Positions 51,238 to 61,660 of a DNA stretch of 64,000 nt are shown piece after piece; the stretch's first letter is position 1, and every line of letters starts with the position of its first letter. Both the position numbers and the translations under genes were made by a program. Where the stretch lies: assembly GCA_963842885.1 (NCBI GenBank), contig CAWJIE010000002.1, positions 192,001-256,000 on the forward strand. The letters run 5' to 3'. The notes beneath the pieces were generated by a model. It did not search any database. It was given only the letters and a program-made list of their open reading frames with translations, and was not told where the DNA came from. The DNA is from an uncultured Nitrososphaerota archaeon (GTDB lineage Archaea > Thermoproteota > Nitrososphaeria > Conexivisphaerales > DTJL01).

Positions 51238-51447
51238 ATGAGACTCAGCGCGCGGAACCATGCCGTTGGAAAGGTGGTGTCGGTCGAAGAGGGGGCGATA
51301 GCTGCCCTGGTCAGGGTCGAGGTCAAAGAGCCGTTCACCGTCTCCGCCCTGATAACGAAGGACGCGTCAGAGGACCTGAAGCTGAAGGCGGGAGACGCGG
51401 TCACCGTAATCATAAAGTCCACCGAAGTGATAATCGGGAAGGAGTAG
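51238..51447 (+). CDS. TOBE-domain molybdate-binding protein (Mop/molbindin-like)
   Basis: LSARN...G.V..VEEG...ITKDASEDLKLKAGD.V...IKSTEV. Confidence 0.92.
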   Translation: MRLSARNHAVGKVVSVEEGAIAALVRVEVKEPFTVSALITKDASEDLKLKAGDAVTVIIKSTEVIIGKE

Positions 51448-51515
51448 CGAAGCGGGCCTCCTCAGCCTGGGCATGCGTCTTATCGACATGTCCACTGGCG
51501 GCTGACGTTCTAGGC

Positions 51516-52199
51516 CTAGTGAGAAACGAAGAAGGTTCCGGAAATCCTGCCCGACCCGAAGACCGCTATCCGGTCGACCAGTTGGCGCGCCTCCAAGTTG
51601 TCGTGCGTGACGTACATGACAGTGAGGTCCAGCCGGTCGAAGATCCCTTTCAGCTCGGCTTTCAGGTGCTCCCGCAGCTCCTGGTCCATGGACGACAGAG
51701 GCTCGTCCATCAGCAGTATCTTCGGCTGAGGGGCAAGGGACCTGGCGAGGGCGACGCGCTTCTGCTGGCCTCCGCTGAGCTGGCCAGGAAGGAGGTCCGC
51801 CAGGTCCTCGATGCGTAGGAGCTCCATCACCGACTGCGCCCTGCCTAGCGTCGCTTCTGGGGCCATCTTCGACCCTTTCAGGCCGAAGGTTATGTTGTCT
51901 GCGACGGTCATGTGTGGGAAGAGGGCGTTGTCTTGCATCACGTAGCCCAGGCCCCTTTCGGCCGGGTGGACCATCACTTCGGATTCAGAGCTGCCTACCC
52001 TGGTGACCAAATTCCCATCGATTTTCACTTCACCCGAGTCGGGCTTCATGAGGCCAGCCACGATGTTCAGCGTCGTCGACTTCCCGATGCCGCTGGGGCC
52101 GACGAGCCCCACGACCTCGCCGCTTTCGACGTCGAGATTGAGGTCCCTGATGACCTGCCTCTCACCGAAGGCCTTGGTCAGGCCGCTGATGGAGATCAA
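51516..52199 (-). CDS. modC: Molybdate ABC transporter ATP-binding protein
   Basis: GPSGIGKS, LSGGQQKR, MDEPLS; TTG start overlaps modB stop. Confidence 0.85.
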   Translation of the reverse strand: MISISGLTKAFGERQVIRDLNLDVESGEVVGLVGPSGIGKSTTLNIVAGLMKPDSGEVKIDGNLVTRVGSSESEVMVHPAERGLGYVMQDNALFPHMTVADNITFGLKGSKMAPEATLGRAQSVMELLRIEDLADLLPGQLSGGQQKRVALARSLAPQPKILLMDEPLSSMDQELREHLKAELKGIFDRLDLTVMYVTHDNLEARQLVDRIAVFGSGRISGTFFVSH

Positions 52200-52981
52200 C
52201 CGGACTTGCTCCTCCCCCCAAGGAACTTGAACGCCACCAGCACGGCGAAAGAGAACAGGATCAGTATGACGGAGAGGACATCGGCGTTCACCAAGTTGCT
52301 CTCCATGGCGATGTAGATGGCTAGGGGCATGGTCTGGGTCACCCCCGGGAGGTTCCCGGCGAAGAGCAGCGTGGCGCCGAACTCCCCCAGGGCCCTGGCC
52401 CAACACATGATGAACCCGGCCACGATGCCTCTGCCGGCCAGCGGAAGCGTGATGCGAAGGAAGACGCGCGAATCGGACTTCGTGAGTATCCTGCCGCTGT
52501 CGATTATCCTCTGGTTCACGGCCTCAAAGGCCGTCTTCGAAGAGCGGAAGTAGAAGGGGGAGGCCACGAATGTCTCTGCCATTATGACGGCCACCAGGGA
52601 GCCAGGCAGCACGATCCCCTGCGAAAGGAGGTACTGGCCTACAAGGCCCCTGGGGGCGAAGGCCAACAGGAGGGCGAGGCCTGCCACGGCCGGCGGGAGC
52701 ACAATGGGGACGTCCACCAAAGTGTCGAGGAAGAATCTCCCGGGGAACCTCTTCCTGGCCAGGATGTAGGAGAGGGGAGTGGCGAACACGAGGACCACCG
52801 TCGCCGAGATGGTGGCCGTCAGGAGGCTGAGCTTCAGGGGCGTCAGAACGGCACCAGAGGTCACCGTGGCCGCCAGCTCCCCCGGGGTCACGTAGAGGAA
52901 GACAGCTGCCACAGGAATGGATATGAAAAGAAGGAAGGCGGCGCAGACCACTGCCACTAAGAAGGTCTGGAGCTTGTTCAC
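52196..52981 (-). CDS. modB: Molybdate ABC transporter permease
   Basis: PIVLPPAVAG, ARALGEFGAT, TQTMPLAIY. Confidence 0.92.
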   Translation of the reverse strand: MNKLQTFLVAVVCAAFLLFISIPVAAVFLYVTPGELAATVTSGAVLTPLKLSLLTATISATVVLVFATPLSYILARKRFPGRFFLDTLVDVPIVLPPAVAGLALLLAFAPRGLVGQYLLSQGIVLPGSLVAVIMAETFVASPFYFRSSKTAFEAVNQRIIDSGRILTKSDSRVFLRITLPLAGRGIVAGFIMCWARALGEFGATLLFAGNLPGVTQTMPLAIYIAMESNLVNADVLSVILILFSFAVLVAFKFLGGRSKSG

Positions 52982-52990
52982 GAGGGATTC

Positions 52991-53833
52991 CTAGGGGCTA
53001 AGGAAGCCAAAGTTGTTAAGGATTTGCTGCCCCGCGCTGGAAAGGAGGAAGCTGTAGAACTCCTGGGCGAGCTTCAGGTGCTGCGAGGTCGAGATGACGC
53101 CCACCGGATACTGGGCCACGACGTTCACCGAAGCGGGGATGGTGATGAAGTTGATGTTGGCGGCCTGGGCGATGGCGTCCGTCTTGTATACTATTCCAGC
53201 GTCGGCCGTGCCGGTGACCACCTTAGTTACCGTCTGCTCCACGTCGGTGTCATAGGAGATCACGTTGGCCTGGACTGCCTTCGTGAAGTTGGCGTACTGG
53301 GGCCCCACGTAGGCCGGGCTGCTGGAGTTCCCCCACGTCGACTGGATGTTGTTCAGTATGGTCAGGGAGTAGGCGCCGGCCGGGACGGACTTGTCCTCTA
53401 GCTCGACCCTCACGCCAGATGCGGCGAGGTCAGAGATGGCGGTCACCTTGGACGCCGACGACTTGGCGACCATGACGATGAGGGAGTTCTTGGCGAAGAT
53501 GGCCGAGCTGTTATAAATCAAGGAATGGTTGGCCACCTGCGTCATGTAGGTCGGGGAGGCCGAGAGGAAGACATCGCAGGGGTACCCCTCCAGGATCTGG
53601 GTCGCCAGGGCGTTGGAGCCAGCGAAGTTGAAGGTGATGTTGGCGTTGTACTTCGCGTCGAACGCGGCGCTGATGTTCTGCATCACGTTGGTCAGGCTGG
53701 CCGCGGCGTAGACGGTGAGCAGCTGAGGGGGGTTAGCCTTGGGTGCCCCCACCCCGGCGATGTACGCATAGGGGAGGCCCACAACGAGGATCAGTACTAT
53801 GACGGCCACCGCGGCAATGGTAAGGCGGTCCAA
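52991..53833 (-). CDS. modA: Molybdate ABC transporter substrate-binding protein
   Basis: VYAAASL, NFAGS, DVFLSAS, VPAGAY, ADAGIVYKTDA. Confidence 0.92.
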   Translation of the reverse strand: MDRLTIAAVAVIVLILVVGLPYAYIAGVGAPKANPPQLLTVYAAASLTNVMQNISAAFDAKYNANITFNFAGSNALATQILEGYPCDVFLSASPTYMTQVANHSLIYNSSAIFAKNSLIVMVAKSSASKVTAISDLAASGVRVELEDKSVPAGAYSLTILNNIQSTWGNSSSPAYVGPQYANFTKAVQANVISYDTDVEQTVTKVVTGTADAGIVYKTDAIAQAANINFITIPASVNVVAQYPVGVISTSQHLKLAQEFYSFLLSSAGQQILNNFGFLSP

Positions 53834-53926
53834 CGATTATCATCTCCAGGTTATCCTGCGCCATTATATGTCTTGGAAATCGAAAACGTTTACTATTTGA
53901 CGGCTGCCTTTGCGCCAGGTCCCCTC

Positions 53927-55232
53927 TCACACGAAGTCAGAGATCCTCCTCTGGTGGAGCATCTCCTTGATGATGGTGGAGGCGTGTATCCAGTACTCCC
54001 TCCTGATCTGGAATCCGGAGAGGATGTGGCTGAAGGCCGCCTCGAAGTTGTCGAACACGACCGGCGTCGAGTTCATGGCGGCCCTTATCGCCTCTCTGAC
54101 GGTCCAGACGCCGAGGGGTAGGAGGTATCCCGGATAGATCTCCCTGAGCGCGAGGACGGTGGCCTGCCTCCTCTGGCTGGCCAGGTACTCCGCCGTGGCC
54201 AGGCGAACAGAATAGTAGCAACCTCCCGGCGCCGCGTAGGTCGTGCGGCCCCAGAAGGGTTCGAAGTCCCCCATCACTTCAGGCGAGGAGCCTCCCTGGT
54301 TCCACACCGTATTGGGGAACCATGCCTCAATCCACTCGTAGCTGTAGTTGGCGGGGATGAGCATGACGAAGTATCTGTTGTTGAGATGGTCGTAGCTGAA
54401 GACCCTGTACTCGTCCAGCGTGGGGAACTCCCTGACCCTGTCCAGCAGCCACAGGGAGAGGTTGCTGTCGACGGCCGTTATGCTCCAGCGTGTGGGCACC
54501 ATCTTCCGGTTCTTCGCGACGCCGAACATGCCGACGGAGAAGGCCCTCTGGATCCTGCTCACGGGAAGCCCTCCTTCGTAGAGCCGGCAGACGGCGTCGA
54601 CCGCCTTGAGGTCCCTGTCGTAGTGGGCCTTCTCGACGCGGCGGTCGGACGAGCCCGGGGAGAAGCCGTACTTGAGCAGGGTGCCCGACGGCCCAAAGGG
54701 CGGCGAGTCTTCATTGACTGTGAGCACGGGGAAGGGGGGCTTCTTCAGCAGCATCTGAGAAGCGACGGGGCGCGACGACAGACATGGATATCTGGAGCTG
54801 TTCGAGGAGGCCACGTGGCTCCTTGGCCTCCCCGACATGGGCCCTCTCGTTCCCCCGTATGAGGAGGGAGCGGTATTCAATTATCCTGTCGAAGGAAAAC
54901 CTGAGCCACCTCTCGGGGGCGTCATAGATGGAGGTCTCCCCCTCCACCGGAGGGATCATCGGACCGAAGCTGACCTTGGGATATCCGAACCGTCCAACGA
55001 AGGCCGATGGAGGGGAGTCGCCGACGATCTCGGATGTGTCCAGCCTGGCCTTGATCTTTGTGAAGACCCTCGCCTTTAGCAGGATGGGGCAGCTCGGCTT
55101 CCCGCAGAGCAGCTTCGCCGAGCGACACGCCAGACAGACGGCATTCTTCCTCGCTCTTGTGACGTTGAGCGAAGGGGATATGCCGTTCAGCTCGAGAATA
55201 TCATCGGGGAAGATACTGGAAGCTACCTGCAT
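53927..55232 (-). CDS. nreA: Nre family DNA repair protein, frameshifts at about 54710-54790
   Basis: CLACRSAKLLCGKPSCP, FVGRFGYPKV, MVPTRWSITAVD, GGCYY, C-terminal PIP-like QRRISDF. Confidence 0.92.
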
Positions 55233-55363
55233 TGTTCAAACGAACCATCCAAGCAGGGTACTTAACGACCACCTTTCCGTCCGCAGCCTGACCCACTGTC
55301 GGGCGGACAGCCCTCCGGCAGCAGCCAGCAGGTCGGTACGGCGCGTCGATGTGGGATCGTCAT

Positions 55364-57696
55364 CTAGCGCTTCTTCAAGCCCATCAAGACCTTCTCGGGC
55401 GTCACAGGGAGGTCGTTGACGGCGACACCCGTGGCGTCGAGCACGGCGTTCCTCACGGCCGGGGCCGGAAGCACCACGGGGGGTTCGGCGACGATCTTGG
55501 CGCCGAAGGGGCCCAGAGGGCCCGGCACCTCCACGATGAACGCATTGAAGTTCTTCGGGATGTCCATGCTGGTGGGGATGTAGTAGTCCGCAAGGTTGGG
55601 GTTGACCACCTTGCCTTCTTTGTGGATCAGCTCCTCCATCATGGCGTACCCCAGGCCCTGCACCGTCCCGCCGTAGATCTGTCCGAGCACGCCTGACGGG
55701 TTGACGGCCTTCCCGACGTCGTATGCGACATGGACGTCGGTGACCTGGTAGACCCCCGTCTCCTCATCCACTTGGATCTCCATTATCAGCGCGCCCCAGG
55801 TGTACTGCAGGTATGGCGTGCCCAGGCCGGTCTCGGTGTCCCAAGGGGCGGGCGGGGCCATGAAGAAGCCCTCCTCGCTCATCTTGACCCCCCTCCTGTG
55901 GGCCTCGGCGGCGAGGGCAGCCCACCCCACGGAATGTGGTGGAGTCGGTCCTGTCGTAGGCCACGCCGTCCTCTATGGTGATGTTATTCTCGCTGACCTT
56001 CAGAAGGTCGGCGGCCACCAGCTCCAGGCGCTTCCTGAGCCTCGCGGCCGCGATGCGCGACGCGTTCCCACCTATGACGACGGTCCTTGAAGCGACGGTG
56101 GGCCCCGTCTCCCTGTGCTTGCTCGTGTCGGGGCGAGCCAGCTTGAACCAGGTCAGGGGGACCCCCAGGACGGAGGCGGCGACCTGTATCACCCCTGTGA
56201 CCGCTCCGGTCCCGAACTCGGTGAGCCCTGTCCCCAGAGTCACTATTCCGTCCCTGCCGATCTCTAGGAGGACGGCGCCGTAGTCGTTCCCTTCGGGACC
56301 TAGGCTGTTTCCGTGCATGAGGAGGGCGATGCCGATGCCCTTCTTCATATGACCCACCTGGTTGGAGTAGACCTTGCGCTTGTTCCAGTAGTCGCTGGAG
56401 GCCACGACCTTCTCGACGCACTGAGGAAGGCCGCAGCTGCCGTCAATCAGATGGTTGGTGGCGTTGTGCTTCCCGGGCACGAGCATGTTCTTGAGCCTGA
56501 ACTCGAGGGGGTCCATCGACAGCTTCCTTGCCAGGTCCTCGATCTGGCACTCCATGGCGAAGACCGCCTGGGGGCCTCCGAAGCCCCTGAAGCTGCCCGC
56601 GTACGGTATTGTTGGTGTAGACGAGGTAGCTGTCGGCCTTGACGTTGGGCACTTCATAGGCCCCCGTGCAGTGGAAGATCCCCCGGCCGATGACGAAGAC
56701 GCCCAGCGAGGCGTAGGCTCCAGCGTCCAGGTAGAGCTCCACTTCGTCCGCCTGGAGCTTCCCATCGGCCGATACCCCCGTCTTGTGCTTCATCACGTAG
56801 GGATGCCTCTTCGTGTGCATGACCATGGACTCCTCGCGATCCATGCTGCAGTAGACCGGCCTCTTCAGCTTGAGAGCGGCCAACGCCGCCGTGCCGCATA
56901 CGTCATAGGGCGTCTCGTCCGACTTGGGGCCGAAGGCGCCACCGGTCACCGCCTGGATCACGCGGACCTTCTCGGCAGGGAGGTTGAGCATCTTGACCAG
57001 CGCCCCCCTCGTGTGATGCGGGCTCTGCATGGAGCCGATCACGGTGACCGAGCCGTCGGCGGAGGGGATGGCCATCCCCACCTCGGTCTCCATGGCGTAC
57101 GCGTCCTGGAACTGGGTCCTGAACGTGTTTTCGAGGACGACGGAGGAGCCGGAGAAGCCCTTCAGCACGTCGCCCTTCCTGATCTTCATCTGCTTGGCGA
57201 CGTTCCCTTCGTCGTGGACCTTGACGGAGTAGGGCTGCATCGCCTCCACAGGGTCGAAGACGGCGGGGAGCAGGTCATATGTCACCTTGATGGCCTCGGC
57301 CGCGTCCTGGGCGATGGAGGCCGTCTCAGCTACGACCGCACCGATGATGTCCGCGGTGGACCGGACGACGCCGGGGGAGAACAAGGGCCTGTCGGGGAGG
57401 ACCGCCGAGGATTCGTTGATGCCGGGGATGTCTCTCCATGTGAGGACATCGACCACGCGGGGCATGCCCTTGGCTCGTGACACGTCGACTTCTCGGATGG
57501 TGCCGTGTGCGATAGAAGAATGGAAGAGCTTGGCGTGGAGGGTGCCCCGTACGAGCATGTCGCCCGTGTACACCGGCCTGCCAAGGACCTTCTCCAGGCC
57601 GTCGATGCGGGCGACGGACTCGCCTACATAGAGGAGCTTCCCCTCCTCCCCCTTCTCCTTGACATTCTTCAGGAACTGGGAGACTTCTGGGGTCAT
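55364..57696 (-). CDS. Xanthine dehydrogenase family molybdopterin-binding subunit, 2 frameshifts
   Basis: GGAFGPK, KRHP, FRGFGGPQ, GPTVASR, GQIYGGTVQGLG, GPFGAKIVAEP. Confidence 0.92.
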
Positions 57697-58175
57697 GGCC
57701 TCACCGCCTCCGAGGCCTCTTGAATGGCCTGAAGGATTGGGTAGTATCCGGTGCACCTGCAGAGGACTCCGCTTATGCCCACCTTGATCTCCTCCGCCGA
57801 AGGCTTGGCGTTCCTGGATATGATGTCCTTGGCGGCGACGAGCATGGCGGGCGTGCAGAATCCGCACTGGGCGGCGCCGTACTTGAGGAACTTCTCCTGA
57901 AGCAGCTTCATCTGGGGGTCCTCGACAAGGCCTTCGAGGGTCGTGACCACCGAACCCCTGCACTGGGCGGCGAGGACCAGGCAGGAGTTGACCAGCCTTC
58001 CGTCGAGGAGGACGGCGCAGAGGCCGCAGTCGCCGGTGCCGCAGCCCTCCTTCACGCTCTTCATATCGAGACGGTCCCTGAGGACGTCCAAGAGGCGGTC
58101 GGCAGAATCGACGTGGAGAGAGCGCTCCATGCCGTTCACGGTCATGGTGACAAAGTGCTTGGACAACCCGATCAT
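57693..58175 (-). CDS. Xanthine dehydrogenase family 2Fe-2S subunit
   Basis: KEGCGTGDCGLC, NSCL, QCGFCTP, LCRCTGY. Confidence 0.95.
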   Translation of the reverse strand: MIGLSKHFVTMTVNGMERSLHVDSADRLLDVLRDRLDMKSVKEGCGTGDCGLCAVLLDGRLVNSCLVLAAQCRGSVVTTLEGLVEDPQMKLLQEKFLKYGAAQCGFCTPAMLVAAKDIISRNAKPSAEEIKVGISGVLCRCTGYYPILQAIQEASEAVRP

Positions 58176-59052
58176 GCCTCCCTGATGCGGAAGGCGCAGA
58201 GCTCGAGGAGGCGCTTCAGGTAGACCTTGGCGATCTCCGTACGGTATTCGCCTGAGGCCCTGAAGTCTGTCTTCAGCAGGAGCTCGGAGGAGAGGACCTC
58301 CTGGGCCGATGCCACAGTCTCCGCGTTGAGCTTCTTGCCTGCCAGGGACTCCTCGGTGGATGTTGGCCCTCTGAGGGACCCTCCCCGCCACCCTGTTGAG
58401 CGCGACGCGCGCCTCGCGCACGGTCTCTCTGTCTCCCTCGGCGGTGAGGACGACGGCCTCGTTCACCAGCGCTATTATCAAGATGTTGCGCCTCCCCATC
58501 TTATCGTACGCCGATCCGCTGTCGGGCGGGAGCGAGCCCAACTCGATCTCTGAGAGCACCTCGCCGCTCTTCCTGAAGACCGTCCTCTTCCCCATGATGA
58601 AGTCCTTCAGCAGGAGGCTCCTCTCACCCTTGACGCTGGACGAGCTTCACCCTGGCGTCCAGGGCCAGGAAGACGGGGATCAGGTCCTCGGAGGAGGTGG
58701 CCGAGCAGATGTTCCCCCCTACGGTGGCGACGTTGCGTATCTGGGGGTCGCCGAACTTCCTCGCCGCGTCGCGGATGAGCTCGAGGTCCCTCCCTATCAG
58801 CGGTGACTCCAGGAGGTCGCTGACTGTCGTAAGCGCCCCTATGTGGATGGAGCCGTCCTCTTTGCGCATGTAGCGTAGCTCCTTCTCCAGTCCGGAGATG
58901 TCGAGGAGGTTGACCGCCGAAGCCCGGCGCCTCCGCAGCCTGGGAAGGAGGTCGGTGCCTCTTGCGATGACCGATGTCGTCTCTCCGTAGTCGCCGAGAT
59001 AGCTCAGGGCATCGTGGAGGTCTGTGGGCACGTAGATGTCGTATCCTGGCAA
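58172..59052 (-). CDS. Xanthine dehydrogenase family FAD-binding subunit, about 3 frameshifts
   Basis: GTDL, IGALTT, QIRNVATVGGNI; continues in downstream frames. Confidence 0.88.
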
Positions 59053-59059
59053 CGGCAGC

Positions 59060-59340
59060 TCATCCTCCGCCCACGGGGGGCACGAACAGCACCACGTCGC
59101 CGTCCTTGAGGCCGAAGTTGGAAGCGTCCTTCAGCCTGTACGCCTTTCCGTTGTGATAGACCAGGGAGTACGGCCGGGGCATTCCCCTGGGAATCATAGA
59201 GCGGCTGGCGGAACGCCTCACCCATTTCGCTGAGACAGGGAGTCCAAGAGGCCTCTGAGGTCGCCAGCCTCCACCTCCAGCTCGCTCTTGTTGGAGCTGG
59301 GTATCAAGTCAAAGAACAGCCTGACTTTGATCCTCGCCAA
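59060..59340 (-). CDS. MoaD/ThiS/SAMP family sulfur-carrier protein, 2 frameshifts
   Basis: Own translation: MARIKVRLFFDLIP...EVEAGDLRGLLDSL / ...LKDGDVVLFVPPVGGG* (C-terminal GG). Confidence 0.82.
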
Positions 59341-59519
59341 ATCTGCTTTCGTGTCTGAAAACCCCCGTTCCTGTTAAAAAATCTTTGCGAGCTTGCGGGG
59401 AGAGTCGTCCTCAGCGAAGTCCGCGGACGCGTCGCTCCGCCGGTGGACGCCGGCGGCGCCGCCGGCACAAATCTTATACGATGAGTGCGCAAGCCATTAG
59501 AGGACGAACGGTCGAAGCG

Positions 59520-59598
59520 GGGCCCGTCTTCTAGCCTGGATCAGGATGGCAGCCCGCGAAGCTGTTGATCGAGGGTCCAAATCCCTCCGGGCCCGCCA
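59520..59598 (+). tRNA. tRNA-Arg(GCG), atypical
   Basis: Cloverleaf GGGCCCG/CGGGCCC, GCAGC/GCTGT, GAGGG/CCCTC; A20, G73, encoded CCA; TATA-like CTTATA at about 59473. Confidence 0.88.
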
Positions 59599-59695
59599 AC
59601 TTTCATTAGCCGTTCGGCGGTGAACCGCGGCGCCGGCCCCGATCGCCTTGACAGCCTTTATAGCCCTACGAAGTAATGAGCTATGCGAAGGCCGC

Positions 59696-60196
59696 TTGGA
59701 CGACAGAGAAAGCAGGGTCCTCCGGAACATGGAACGCTTGGTCAAGGCCGAGGCTGACGGAGGCTATGACGCCTTCGTCCAGGAGGTAACGAGGAAGCGG
59801 ACTGAATGGTACGAAGCCAACAAGGATGTTCTAAGACTGGAAGGCTCCGAAGTGCGCAGGGGGTACACCCTCCTCGTCATCCGATATCTCGGGCTGGACC
59901 CTGCCCAGGTGCCAGTGGTCTTCGAGGACGGGACCCGCATCATATGGAGGTCCTCCAACTTCTGCCCTCTCCTCGAAGCGTGCAAGAGGCTTGGGAAGGA
60001 CACGAGGGACGTCTGCAGGAGGGCTCAGGAGGCTCCGGCCCAGGCGCTGGTGTCAAAGGTCCACCCCCGCCTGAGGTTCTCGCGAAACTACGACAGGATC
60101 AGGCCTTACGAGCCGTTCTGCGAAGAGATGATTCGAGAAACTATAGGTTCGTCTCTTTCAGGAAAGAGACTCCATGGCCATGGGGATGACCTATGA
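59696..60196 (+). CDS. Hypothetical protein with three Cys (V4R/ATC-hydrolase-like domain)
   Basis: SSNFCPLLEAC..LG.DTRDVC...RLRFSRNYDRIRPYEPFCEEMI; CTTTATA upstream; start uncertain. Confidence 0.72.
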   Translation: MDDRESRVLRNMERLVKAEADGGYDAFVQEVTRKRTEWYEANKDVLRLEGSEVRRGYTLLVIRYLGLDPAQVPVVFEDGTRIIWRSSNFCPLLEACKRLGKDTRDVCRRAQEAPAQALVSKVHPRLRFSRNYDRIRPYEPFCEEMIRETIGSSLSGKRLHGHGDDL

Positions 60197-60319
60197 AAGG
60201 ACGCTGAAGAAGGAGACGCTCGCGGACGAGCGGGACCTTCGCGCCCCGAAATCAGTGTCCTGACGGCGCGGACGGATGGAATAACGGCGAGATCCTCTTG
60301 AAGGACGGGCAGGAGAAGG

Positions 60320-61579
60320 CTACCTGGAACCGATCCTTCTGGCCACGTCTATGTCGCCCTTCCGCATGAGCATGGCCCGCTTCACCCTCGCCATGGCGAT
60401 CTCTTCCGCGACGGCCCGCATGGAACGGCCCGTCCCGAGCACCTCTTGGGTGACCACCTCCGTGTTCTTCGATATCTTGTACTCGATCAGGTCGAACGCC
60501 TCCTTCTCCGTCCCTCCCTTGTACTCCACATAGGAGCCTATGACTCCGCCCGCGTTGACCAGGAGGTCGGGCAACACCCAGACCCCTGCCGAATGGAGCG
60601 CCTGGTCAGCCTCCTTGGTGGTGGGGATGTTGGCCGCCTCGACGACCATCTTCACCTTGGACGCCAGCAGCTGGAGGACCGTCCTGTCGTTGATGACGTC
60701 GGAAGTGGCCGCCGGGATGAAGATGTCGCAGGGGACCTTGAAGACGTCTTCCCTGTCGCCCTTTGAATACGAAGGAAGGCTCGCCAGGACCGGCTCCTTG
60801 GTGGACTGCTTCATCTCGTTGAGTATCTTCGGGATGTCCAGGCCGCCCGGCTCGGCCATGGAGCAGCTGACGTCTGATATGCCGACGATCTTGAAACCCA
60901 TCTCGTCCAGGAACTTCGCGGTGAAAGAGCCGACGTTGCCGAAGCCCTGGATGCAGACCCTGGCCTCCTTCGGGTCCAGGCTGAGCTTCTGGAGCTTGTT
61001 GAGGAGGTTCACGGCCAGGTTGGTGGCGTGGGCGACGCCGTAGCCGGTCGTCCCCAGCTCATGAGGGATGCCTCCGATCTCGGAGGGCTTCCCCGTGCAG
61101 GCCTTCATGTCGCCGACCTCGTGGGCGAAGACGGCCATCTCGAGCTCGGTGGTGCCCATGTCGGTGGCGCCCACGTACTGGTTGGGGACGTAGGGTTTGA
61201 TGGCCTTGGCGAAGGCCCTGACCCAGGCGGCCCTGTCCGTCTTCGAAGGGTCGCCGCGGATGCCCGCCTTCGCTCCACCGAACGGAAGGCCGGCCAAGGC
61301 GACCTTCCAGGTCATGACCCTGGCGAGCCTGAACACTTCGAGCGGCGTCACGGTGGGTGAGAACCTGATGCCGCCCTTCCCCGGCCCGCTGGCCGTGTTG
61401 TCGATGACCAGGACCCCCTGCATCCTTGTATCGGGGTCGTAGACCTGGACCACCTTCTCGGGTCCCCATTCGTCTCCCATGCTCCAAACGTCGATGTCCT
61501 GTATCCTTTCCGTCACGTTGACACGCACGTTCGAGTCACTCACAGCATTCCGCCGGGGGGGTAGCGCTGAGGTTTCCAT
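60320..61579 (-). CDS. gdhA: Glu/Leu/Phe/Val dehydrogenase (glutamate dehydrogenase-like)
   Basis: GPGKGGIRF, MTWK, GGAK, QGFGNVG, EAAN, PDLLVNAGGV. Confidence 0.9.
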   Translation of the reverse strand: METSALPPRRNAVSDSNVRVNVTERIQDIDVWSMGDEWGPEKVVQVYDPDTRMQGVLVIDNTASGPGKGGIRFSPTVTPLEVFRLARVMTWKVALAGLPFGGAKAGIRGDPSKTDRAAWVRAFAKAIKPYVPNQYVGATDMGTTELEMAVFAHEVGDMKACTGKPSEIGGIPHELGTTGYGVAHATNLAVNLLNKLQKLSLDPKEARVCIQGFGNVGSFTAKFLDEMGFKIVGISDVSCSMAEPGGLDIPKILNEMKQSTKEPVLASLPSYSKGDREDVFKVPCDIFIPAATSDVINDRTVLQLLASKVKMVVEAANIPTTKEADQALHSAGVWVLPDLLVNAGGVIGSYVEYKGGTEKEAFDLIEYKISKNTEVVTQEVLGTGRSMRAVAEEIAMARVKRAMLMRKGDIDVARRIGSR

Positions 61580-61660
61580 ATAAGAACTTCCATAGGTTGC
61601 GCGGCATCAGGGGTTGCGGTGTGGCTGCGTGGAGAGGGGGGAGGCGCGTCGTCCGGGCGC

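Noticed and set aside
59478-59519. Possible C/D box sRNA in the tRNA leader (ACGATGA...)
   Set aside because: Imperfect C box and no CTGA D box
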